Assembly (NCBI GenBank): GCA_025603075.1
Contig: MU626277.1
Coordinates: forward strand, 65,680 to 129,679
Direction of reading: 5' to 3'
Source of the DNA: Neoconidiobolus thromboides FSU 785
Taxonomy: Eukaryota; Fungi; Entomophthoromycota
Length of the DNA: 64,000 nucleotides
Part shown: piece by piece, positions 52,771 through 64,000 of the stretch
Layout of the letters: the number at the start of each line of letters is the position of its first letter
Numbering within the stretch: position 1 is the first letter of the stretch
Notes under the pieces: model-generated
Database searches by the model: none
Told to the model about the DNA's origin: nothing
The model's input: only the letters and a program-made list of their open reading frames with translations
Translations under genes and position numbers: made by a program

Positions 52771-54340
52771 TTATTTTGAAGGGCAATAATTTTTATCATC
52801 CAATACAGCGATAGAAGCACCTAAACACCATCCAGTTTCTAAGTTTTTAATTTTCTTAGCAGTACGTATCAATCGACCATCTTCAATGTCAAAACCTGTA
52901 TTTAATAAAGTATATAAATAAGTAACATCAAAACATCTATAAGGCTTAGATTCAAGTTGATCTAAAGCTACTTGGTTTCCTTCAAAATATTCTTTATCGT
53001 TATTACATATACGTTTTGCTAATTCCTTAATTTCTTTAACTGTAAATTTCTCGTTCAATCCAAAAGGTTGAGTACGATCATAAAAGAAAGAAAAGGCATA
53101 AATGTCATTATCTCCAAAAGTATCTTTTAGGCTAGGTTGATAAATCCCATTGAAAGAGCAGGGATTTAAACGACATTCTTTTTCTTTTTCAAACAATCTC
53201 TTTGCTAAAGTATGGCATTCATCAAACGAAGTAGCTACTCCTATGGCTTTATACTCTTTTCCATCTTTTAGGTATTGGATTTCGTGGCCCTTTTTAAAAC
53301 AAGGATGATCATAACTATCAATCTCATTATCGTTTTTGGTATTCGCTTCAATTAACAATTGATGTGATCTAGATCTTGCTTCATTTAAACCATATCCAAG
53401 ATAACTTTGTTGGTATAAAACATGATGTCTTCCAGAAAAATCAAGTTCGAACTTGTGTTCGCCATCTTCCAATTTATAAGGAAGTTGAAACTTGGGTTCA
53501 AATACTAATTGCACAGAGCCACCACCTAAGTCAATAGTTGCTACACTTGAGCCTTCTTTGGCATCTGAGTTTAATTTTTCCAATAAATAATTTACAGTAA
53601 TCCAAGCATAGACACCTAAAATAAAGTTTAAAATACTATAGTATATTTAATGCTAATAGCATACCTTCATCCTTTCCACTCATAATTTCAACCCCATTTT
53701 TATCAATAATAGGAAACGGGAAGTGATGTTTAATACGATGACGTACTGCGCCTAAAACTGCATCACTTTTCTTTTTGTAAATTCTGAGACCAGCGGTAGC
53801 TTTGACAGCAATTGGAGTACATTCATGTAACTCTTTAGGTACCGACTTTAAAGCTACTTTTAAAAGTTTATCTAAACTTTTTGCTGCTTCTTCAGGGTCT
53901 GAGATATAGTCTGAAAGCCCAGGCTTAAGTTGCTCAAATACTTCATCTTCAATTTCCGGGTTCTTCTTACAGAAATTAAATCTATATACATGGATTCTTG
54001 ATCCACTGGAACCAGCATCGATCATTAATACATATTGCTTTAAAGGTTTTCCTGGATAAGCAGAGCTACAGGCATTAGTCAAACCTTTGGTAAAAATATA
54101 AGATTGAATCCTAGAACTATTTACTAAATTAAATTTACCTTGCTCTTTGGGCTCTAAATTAGCTTTACGCGAAAATAAATAGATACCAAGTACGAATAAA
54201 CAAACAGCAGCTAAGATCTTGATAAATTTACCATTGTCTTGTTTCAACTTTTTTGAAACAGAGTTATTTGTATCATACTCTTCCATAAGCATAGGATCTG
54301 TATCAACCCGATGTGGTTCTGAAAGTCTTCTTCTTGCCAT
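52771..54340 (-). CDS. GDA1: Golgi guanosine diphosphatase (GDA1/CD39 family); one intron near 53618-53663
   Basis: IDAGSSGSRIHVY, ATAGLR, MSGKDEGVYAWITVNYLL across the intron, DLGGGSVQ and GWCLGA. Confidence 0.93.
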
Positions 54341-55132
54341 TACTAAGTTATAATTGAGTCAAGTTATCAATATGAGTTTTCTTTATTTTCTTGCTTTTAT
54401 TTGGTCTCTCCAACCCTTTTTTTGTTCTAACCAATCAAAGTTGGGTTAGTGAATTTGCTTACTCTTTTAATTATATCATTTCAAAATATTTCTTTTAGTT
54501 AAACAATCGGATTATATTTTATATGTATAATTTATCCTTTTGTTAACTATTATAAAATTTTAAAATTACAAGTTTGACAGCAATGAAAGAATAATAAAGT
54601 TTAATAATTATACTTTAATCCGATATTTTAAAAAAACGATTTCAAAAGGTTAGATTTTTTCAGCCACCTGCTTTCCATGGATAAACTCTAATCGGTATAA
54701 AGACTGTATTAAAAATTCGCTTTAAATTTTGAGTTATTACTAAATTTACTTCTTCAGTGATAAGGAAGAAAAAAGACATTGATCTATAATTGTAAAGTGG
54801 ATAATACCATAACTCAATAATAAACTATCAATTTATACATATAAACAGCAACTTTTATTAATAAAAATAAGTCTTATAAGCAATGGATGAATAGCTTAAA
54901 CAATGGTAAGTATGTAAGATTGGATTATAAATTAGATTGCTAACAATAAAAACACTCTAATATAAAATAAAGCCAAATTAAGAATACCAAAGTTACAAAT
55001 AAAGTTCATGCGTTAAACAAAAATAAAAAGATTTAATTTTAAATGAAGCATATCAAACTAACACTACACGATTAAGTATAACAACTAATCAAAATAATAA
55101 AATTCTACTTAAAATCTAAACAAATCTAAAGT

Positions 55133-57037
55133 TTAAGAAGATAATGCGGAAGGAACCAGTAGTATATCCTCTTTAAGCCATTCCATACGATAAGCTAATC
55201 TCTCTTCTAACTCAGAATGTAATAAATATTGATTTACCCCTTGTAAATAACTATTCATCTTTACTTTTTTAGGCTCTTCACTTGGTGTTCCTGGTGGGGA
55301 ATTTGAAAACTCAAGTACAGCCAACTCAAAATAAGAATAACTTAACGTTGTTGACTGGAATGTATTTGAACCTGGAAGATTAATCAGGTGACTTAAATGT
55401 TGTTGTGCTAAATCCCAATCATTTGATTCTCTATAGATGGACCCTAATATCATATGGCTTAAGATATTCACCTCATCATCCATTATGATTTGATCTGGTT
55501 TTGGAGCATTAAATGAATTGAGCTGTTCAATAAGATCGCCAAGTTGTTTTTGAGACATAAAATGGAATCCGTTAAAGTAATAAGTAACTTCAAGTTGAGG
55601 AAGAGACTGTAATAAAAGATCAGAAGTACTGTTAGCATTTAAACGCTCGTTATAGAAATGAGATCTGCTTTTTACAAATGCCTCAATTGGGATTGTTCTT
55701 CCGCCAATTCTTTTTTTGATTAAAGTTGGTGCTTCTATAAATAAATTGCTGGCTTTAGTTACTTCGCCAACACGAAGGTAGCATGTTGCTTGTAGATAAC
55801 AGTAAAAGGCTTTTGACCAGTTGGTTTCGGTATGTAATTCAGAAAAACATTCAGCTGCTTTTAAATAATCACCTACTAAAATCTTACACCTAAGTAACAA
55901 ATTAATATTTATAAATCAAATATTGTTATTCAAACTACCATGCATATTCATATAAAATTAAATATTTCAATTCTGGCCAAGAATCAGTTTTTTGGTTTAG
56001 TGCATTTTCTAAAAGTGTAGTCACATCGTCAAGGTCGCCCTTTAGCTTGAGGAACTTACACTCTAGAAGGATCCATATACGACCTTGGGGATAAATACTT
56101 CTGAATTTTGGAATTAAATGCTCTGCTTCTTGATATTCTCGAGTGCTAGAAACAGGTAGGTGTGAAATAAAAGATAGCCAACCAGAGTAAAAGGATAATA
56201 ACAACATGGATGATAAAGACCCATGAAGGCCTTTATAAAGTATGGAATTCTTTAAATAGGAAATGGCTTCACTTCTTTCTACTACATGAAATCCAACACT
56301 ACTAAGTAAGCCTTTTGCTTTACGTGGTAAAGAAGATATCATTAATTTTAATAATCCTAATCCAAAGCTAACACCACTTATTAAAAAGCTGTCAAATGGA
56401 TCTAAAATGATTAATTTTAGATATTGTATTTGTTGATTTAGTTACCTTCCGTTACTTTTGAAAATGGTTCATTGTTTAAATCTTTTTCATTTAATTCCAA
56501 ACCTACCGCTTTATCCAAGAATACAAAGCTATCATATGCTTTTTTTAATCGGTACGCTGCTTTAGCATACTCTGATAGGGATTGTGACAAAAAGGAAACA
56601 GCAGAAAGCATTATCAAAGAATCGGCTGATACTAATTTTAATAATAATTCTGCTTTTTTGAGCTTTTTATATGACATCGAATTAGCATCGATGGTTTTGA
56701 GTGAGCTAGTTATTGCTGTAGTCCAGGCACTAGCTGTATTTTCCGAAGCTTGCAATTCTTTAGAGGCTAAACTAAAGCCAGACTCTTCGAAACCCATAAT
56801 ACTAGTTTGAAAGGCTAAGGTAGCTTTACCAAATGAGATCATCGGATTTTTCTCATTAGGGTAACTTGAATCTGATCCTAAGTTTTCTTTTTCATTTAGT
56901 AAAGCTTGAGCTTGTTTAATTCTATCGTTCAAAATATGATCGAAAGATGCTTCTAATTCCAACAATCCATCATAGAGACACTGTAAACTTTTGGTGTTAT
57001 CAATTGGTTTTGGTTTGCTTCCAAATAGACCGAACAT
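55133..57037 (-). CDS. IML2/TTC39 (DUF3808) TPR-like protein; multi-exon
   Basis: LKYLILYEYAW, AECFSELHTETNWSKAFYCYLQA and IGGRTIPIEAFVKSRS resemble the Iml2/TTC39 family. Confidence 0.75.
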
Positions 57038-58471
57038 GTTAAATAAAAAGAAATGAAAGATAAAAAGAACTGATTATTAAATAAAATGGTGTTACCCTAA
57101 GTTCTATTATTAATAATAGTTTTTTGATTTTCAACAATTTATTGATTAGATTTTATTAAGGGGTTAGCCATATTTGGATGATAAATAACAGAGGCTAATT
57201 TGGTAGCAACCTAATTCTTACCCCATTTGCTTAATTTGGTAATATCACTGCCCGTTTTTTAGTAACTAACTTATTTCTGCAATTCATTGGTTCTGGAGCT
57301 TTATCTTATGTTTAAGCTATTTGAAGAACCTAAATTAATTATGAACTAAATTTAAAAATTTTACATAAAATAAGGTCCTAAATCTTTAAAAATAAATCTC
57401 TAATTACATCACATGTACTAATTTAAATTTTATGCGATCTTTTGCAAAAGCAATAATTTACCCGGGGATTAACTGTTTTTATATTAAATAATGAGCCAGT
57501 TTATATATGACAAGATTATTTATAATAATAAATGGCCTATAAATTCGTGATACATATATAAATATGTTACTAGAATAAAGTAAATATTTAGACATTACAA
57601 AGCTGTTTTTTAAATTTTTGGTCGTTTTAATCCATTTTATAATAATTTATAATATTATAAGTACTTTTTATAAGTAATGCGATTTCGGTAATAGCAACTT
57701 TGAATTTTTTTGAAATCTTTAACATTTTAAAAAATTGGTCTAACTAATATTTTTAAATCAACCAAGCTCAAATTGTTGCAAATAAACTTAAATTATTTAA
57801 CCTAAGATAAAGTTTTTATTTACTAGCGTTAACTTTTGTGTTTAAATTAAATGATTTTAAAGACTATTCAAATAATCATTAATAGCTCATAGTGTAAATA
57901 ATACATCGCTTTATTCCCTCAAATTTGTAAAATAAAAAATAAAAATGTTTGGGTATAAAATTGAAAGCAAGTTATAAAATTATTACAACTACTATCTTCC
58001 TATTCAAAAATTGCTAACAAATATTATTGAAATATATTATAAATATATGTGAAGTACTATGCCTAGAATATAGTTAAAATAAAACAAAAAATTAATAATG
58101 AACAATCATTAGACTATTTTAATTTTAAAAATATGGTTTTCGTTTTATTTCTTAGTTTTAAAAGAGTATAACCCCATAAGTGTTTCATTTATGTAGGAAG
58201 GAAAAAGTACAAGCGTATGTGCAGTTAAAGTGGAAACGATGTTGTTTTATTTTATTTCTCTACTTATTTGTGAGTTATAGCAGAAATATAAAGAGTATAA
58301 AGATCAGATCATTTTTCCAGCCATTGCGCTATTGTAGCAAAAACTAATAACAATTATGGATTATCTATTTAAAAAAATCGAACGTCATAAAAACAAATCA
58401 TTTTATAAATCAAAATAATAAATAACATTTTTACAATATAAAAAAGCGGAGTAGTGAATCGCATTAAAAAT

Positions 58472-61400
58472 ATGAATCAACAATCGTCGACTGGGTCAAA
58501 TAATAAGCGAGATGTAAATGAGCTAGAGAGCATTAATGAAAAAATAGATAGTGTGGTATTTTATATTTACCTTAATACTTATGAATCTAATTTTTAGAAT
58601 TTTGAAAGAGAAAATTTAAAGCTTTTCTTAAAAGCGAAGCCTAAAAGCTCTGAAGAGTACAGCAGTTGGAATGAAATAGGAAAGAACAAAATAGGGATAC
58701 TACAACCAAAAGTTCAAAAGCAAGAGTCAGATTTACAGATGTTAAGAAAGCAGAACAAAGAGATAGAGGAAATATTAAGGATAAATGAAAAAGAATTAGT
58801 ACATTTAAGAGAAGAAACGACTATCTTCATTAGTAAAAAAGCTATACTTATATAAAATAATTGAGTTAAAATATTTATTTAGATGAAAATAGTAAATTAA
58901 AGGAAGATATTAAAATGAAAAATGAAACGACTATTGATTTGGTTGAGTATTTTGATGAACAAAGGCATAATATTAAACATGTAAGTTTTATTATTAGCTT
59001 ATTTATGTTTATTAAATTTGTGTTTTGAGTTTACTGAAATAAGGAATGAGCTTTCTAAGGCTATTCCAATAATAGAAAGAGAAATCTTAGAAGGAACTAT
59101 TGAGCATAACAACAAGCTAAAGCTTATGAAAGAGTATGATTTAAAAAATGAGCATATTCAAATTATGCAATCTAAATATAATAAATTGAATGACGCGCTT
59201 CAAAATGGAGAAGCTCTTCCATTTTCTGCTGAATTTACTGTCCGTTCATTTTCAAATGATAATTCACTATTCTCATCACCGATTTCGACAAGGAGCCATT
59301 TGATATCGGAAATCAAAATTAAATCAGTTGATGGTGAAGGAAATGTAGAGTATAATGATAAACATTCTAAACTATACCAAGGATTAGATGCTGATCGTTA
59401 TAAAATGAACCAAGAATTGGATGAAAGTTTTAGAGAAATAATGGAACAAGTTATGGAAAAAGCTGCAGCTAAGACAGAACTAGAAAATGACATTGAAAGC
59501 AACTCTCGAGAGTATATAGAAAATAACTTTAACAACTTAATCCTTGAACCTGCGGTTTATCCAAATGAAAAAGACGAAATTGATAATACTGTGAATTTTT
59601 CTATGAATAGGGATAAGAAAGAGTATGAAGAGAACCAAGAAGAAAAACAAAGAGAACACATTGAAGCATCTAATGACTGTGATGTTTTGGATCAATGGGA
59701 TAATAGTTCGAATGGAATAAATTATGAAGAAATTAATGAAATAGGTACATCTGAAGAGGAAATTCAAGAATTCTTAACACATATCAAAGACGTGGCTAGA
59801 AATATTGAAACTAAAATTCTCGTTGATTTCAACGTTACTTCAAGTCAAAATTTATCAGATTTTACATCCACACTTAACGATATGGTTGAAGATAGTGAAA
59901 CTAACTTTATAGATCCAGATGCTACTCCAACACAAAACTCATTACTTCTTCTACCAGAAATTAATAATGATCACATAAATATATTTAAAAATGATGGAGA
60001 TCTTACTCCAACTATTGAATCGGTTTCTTTTTTATATAGTGAATCTAATACTGATACAATAAAACCAAGCTTAGAATTTGAAAGCTCATTAATCGATGAA
60101 ATCAATATTCTGGAAAGTGCTGGAGATATAAATATAACCAATGCTTATATAGACAATGATGTTGAAGGAAATAGCTGTGAGTTGTTTGCAAATGATGATA
60201 GTTTAAATAATAATAACAATATATCTGATAATAGCACTGGCACAACTAAGAATGATTTGTTCAGTAGTAATGAGAGCTCCGATGGTATTAACCTGTCTGA
60301 TAGTGATAATAGCTCAATTGATGATGAAATAGAAGATGAATCTATATCGTTTAGAGGAAAAAAGAAGCAATTATATAATCTTGAATGTTCGTCATCAGAG
60401 ATACTTACTTCATTTTCGCTAATGACATCAGAATCGTTCAACACTAACAGTCTTTTAAATGTGAATCATGATCTCGAAGATAAACAATATGAAGTTCGTG
60501 ATAACAAAAAAGATGAAACCTATGATAATGAACAAAGTAAGATTCAAGGTAACGAACAAAATGGGGCCCAATCCGTTATTCAAGGCGAGATTCAAATAAG
60601 CAAAAAGGATGTGATTCCAGTTATGAATTTAGTTACCACTCAAGCCAACAACACGAATGGAAATGAATTTATTATTCAAGACAATATTCAAATGTTTGAA
60701 CAGAATACAATCCAAGATGTTGATCTATATGACATTCAAGTCAATGGGAAAAATGAAAATCAAGCTATTATTCAAGATGAGATTCAAATTGATCAACATA
60801 ATGGAGCTTACATTTACGAACAGGATAGTATTCGTGCTACTAGTTTAAAGTATATTCGAGCCAGTGTAGAAAATGAAACTCAAGCTATTAAAAAAAACGT
60901 CAATTTGATAAATGAGAGAGGCGAAATACAAAAATATGAACAGGATGAGCCCCAGGTTAATGAACAAGTTGATATTCAGGAATATGAGGGAGATGGTATT
61001 CAAGCTATTACTCAAAGTGATAGTCAAATTAATGCTCAAAATCAAATTCAGGATGATAAAGATGACTTTTGCATTGATGAACAAGAGGTCGCCCAGCCTG
61101 GCAAACAAGATAATATTCAAACTATTAGCCCAGGCAACGCTCAAGCTTACGATCAAATGTATATTGATGTTCAAAATGAAGCTCAAGGTCTACAGAATAA
61201 AACTCAAACTATTTATCAAGGTATTATTCAGGAATATGAAAAGGATGAAGCCCATACTAACATACAAAGCGAAATCGGAAATAATAGTCAAAATAGAATC
61301 CAAACTAGTAGGGAAACGGATATCTCAAATATCGATATTGATATAACTCATGCTAAAAAACAAAACGAGACTGAAAGTGATATGAAATATAATGCGCATG

Positions 61401-62803
61401 TTGAAAGTCAAGTTATTATTGAAAATAGTACTCACGTCAACAAAGCAAATGACATCCAAACCGTTGGTATATATAAAATTCAAGGTGATAGAGCAAGGGA
61501 CACGCAAGGTTATGTACATGATGGAACCCGAGCTATTGATGTGGATGAACTCCAAACTACTAGCCAAGATGAAGTTCAAAGTAGTAGGGAAAGTAGTGTC
61601 CAAATTTATGCACACGATAAAGCCCAAGCTATTATTCAAAATGATACTCAAGATGGTGTGCAAAATGAAGACCAGGATGGCAAGCAAAACAAATTCCAAG
61701 CCAATGAGCAAATTGAAATTCAAATGATTAAGGAAGGCGAAATTCAAGACAGTGAACAAAACGGGATCTATAATGGTAGCCAAAATAATATTGACATATA
61801 TGGTCAAAATATAGTCCATGTTATTGCCCAAAGTGATCTTCAACTTTATAATCAAAATAGGTCTCAAAATGTGACTCAAAATGATGAACAGGGTGAATCT
61901 CAGATAAATGACCAGGACAAATCTCAAATATGCAGGGAAGGTGATATCCAAATCAATGAGCGACATGAAATTCAAGCTGTCAGTCCAAATGATACCCGAG
62001 TTAACGAGGAAGGCATAATTCAGGATGATCAAGATGCAACTCAAGGTAATGGTAGAAGTGAAATTCAAGATAATACGCAGAATGAAGTTCGAACTAGTGA
62101 GAAGGATAAAAGTCGAATTATAACTCAGGCTGAGGTTATAGCCGATGAGTACAATAAAATTTATAGTATCAGTCAAAATGGAATTCAAACTAATGAAGAA
62201 ATTGAACAAAATGCTGATCAACCTGTTAAATTAAATAAAATCCAAGCCATTATACAAAATAAAGTTCAAACAATTAATCAAGATGTAGTTCGAATTAACG
62301 AACAAAATCAAATTTACCTTAATCAGTTAAATGATATCCAGATTAATAAGGAAAATCGAGTTCAAGCCATTAGCCAAAATAAAATTCAAACTAATGGGAA
62401 TGATAAAGTTCAAGCTGATAAACAAGACTCAATTCAAGCTATTAAGCAAAATGAAATTTTAAAGCAAAGCTTTAGTTATAGTAGGATAATTAATTTTGCT
62501 GTATCACCGGTAATAGTATCATCTATTATATCAATTATTATATTTTTGCCAATTATCATATCATATACTAGCTTACTTCTTAAAAAGTGCTTATTGTACG
62601 TGTTTAGTAATGATATGAGCGATTTTGAATATACTATATTTTATTATATATTTGACTTTTTTTATGAGATCAATGAATACTTATATAATTTTGTAACAAA
62701 CTGCCCTTATTATAGACCAATAATAAAACTAATGAGGTTTATTCATTCTCTTGGTTTACCATATGTTGGATTTGAGAATATAATTTATGCTAAAAATTTT
62801 TGA
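58472..62803 (+). CDS. Giant (~1400 aa) uncharacterised protein: N-terminal coiled coil, acidic middle, Gln tetrapeptide-periodic region, C-terminal hydrophobic segment
   Basis: ORF 59018-62803 plus upstream exons from ATG 58472 joined by GT-AG introns (about 58556-58598, 58832-58882 and 58981-59028). Confidence 0.75.
60535..62460 (+). repeat. Degenerate 12-nt / 4-aa repeat region (xxxQ, often xxIQ)
   Basis: Examples: QAIIQNDTQDGVQNEDQDGKQNKFQANEQIEIQ and QAITQSDSQINAQNQIQ. Confidence 0.75.
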
Positions 62804-64000
62804 TTTTTCGGATAATTATCAAAGCCAATAAGTACCAGTTGGAATATTGCCCATCTCTCATAGTCTGTTTAATATCGGATAATAAAAACTAATGTATTGA
62901 TCAAAATTCAACCAGTAAAATAATAAATTGTAACTGCCATAGTTAAGAGTTACTTAAAGTTTTGATTTATTTGGCCCTTGGTGAGTAGTTAAAAATAAGT
63001 AAAAGAATAAAATTTTATACGTTTATCAGTAATAATATTTTGATTTGATTTGATTTTCTCTATTAGTTCTTATAGTGTAAAAGCTTACAATCGTCTATTG
63101 AAATTAAAGTTGGTTATGTTTTTTAAATCTATTTATATCACCATTGATTTTATAACGTTGATAAGGCGATTAATGGCTTCTTTATATAATCATCACTAGT
63201 AAATTTATTAAATTTAGAAAAAAAATAAAAGATTTTCCCAACACCACTCTTAAATCTAATTTAAGCAACAAATATAGATGGCTATTTAATACTGTGTATT
63301 CTCTATAAGGTAATCGACTCTGTATCTATAAGCAGTAGTATTCACAAGAGCAAAAGAAGGTTCAGTAAGAAAAGAATAAAATCAATATTAATATTTGCTG
63401 CCTGAACAATAAGAGTGTTTAAACTACTAAGATAATACGGAAAAATTTAAACCAATCAAAGGAAGCAAGAAATTTAACGGATTAATTGATTAATAAAAGA
63501 TAAAGTTTATGGTAAGGATAAACCAAAAATCAAAATGTTGTGAACTTTATTAAAGCTACGACTTACTTAGAATCCGAGACATTTAAAAAAAAACTTTACA
63601 AAACTAAACAATGATATTGCTTCATCTTCAGCATTTTATGTCCATTTACATTAATGATTTCAACCATTCTAAAATAGTTTTCATAACGATCATAATTTAA
63701 CATAGAGGGATGTTTTTTTTGACTACCACAAGGATCAATCATTAACTAAAACAAAATGTTGCATAGTTTATCAACCGATGCCTTTGGTATCGTTTTGTAA
63801 TTTTATTATTCATTATGTGGCCTTGAAAAACATGACAAAAACAAAAGCTAAATAGTAAAGGCATCCCTAATCATAAAATCCGTAAGCAGTAAAAAGCTAA
63901 AATGGCATAAAACTTGAAGGTTTTTAGCCCTAATGATCAACTTATTCTGAGTTGCTAAAATTACATTTTTTTCGAAGGAAATTTTAAACACTTTACAAAG

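Noticed and set aside
58472-58640. Centrosomin CM1-like motif (IDSVNFERENLKLFL) in the giant protein
   Set aside because: Only a weak by-eye resemblance within generic coiled coil. It cannot be supported without a profile search.
59537-62221. Several overlapping ORFs (60145-60444, 60845-61186, 60912-61346, 61325-62221, 61392-61727)
   Set aside because: Stop-poor shadow frames produced by the repetitive coding sequence of the giant protein.
63705-63722. Possible eleventh MITE end (GAGGGATGTTTTTTTTG)
   Set aside because: Only one terminus-like stretch, with no core or right TIR following.
62810-64000. Possible decayed coding sequence in the terminal spacer, and likewise in 8000-9900 and 57100-58400
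   Set aside because: No recognisable motif or internal homology found by eye, and frames are heavily interrupted.

Overview
AT-rich, gene-dense eukaryotic nuclear DNA with short (about 40-110 nt) GT-AG introns. The gene set and composition point to an early-diverging fungus, possibly Entomophthoromycotina/Conidiobolus-like (inference). About 27 protein-coding genes are supported. Most are housekeeping: asparaginase-ankyrin, Pol kappa, ODC, GSK3, METTL23, DCC1, SPT4, eRF1, BSD protein, SRP receptor alpha, PSO2, TMEM62, ARB2/FAM172, RLP24, eIF3d, TBCC, RPT3, GDA1 and IML2/TTC39. The rest are accessory or uncharacterised: an F-box/LRR protein, a DUF4436-like membrane protein, a DM9 protein, an expansin-like protein, a PPR-like protein, a divergent kinase and a giant Gln-periodic protein. 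Four features are not captured by the ORF track. (1) An AUG-less upstream coding region ending in FSAQPPW-NL-stop in the ODC leader, matching the polyamine-sensing uCC type. (2) A ~98 bp foldback MITE family with 10 full copies, GGGGATGT/ACATCCCC termini and 4-bp ATWT target duplications; five copies cluster in 1.4 kb. (3) Two decayed, mutually homologous gag-like relics at 24.2-24.7 kb and 41.5-41.9 kb. (4) A 5-exon gene for a stand-alone voltage-sensor-like domain, next to the DUF4436-like gene. Gene spans run from first to last codon and include introns. All family assignments come from motif recognition by eye, not database searches. No tRNA, rRNA or CRISPR was recognised.
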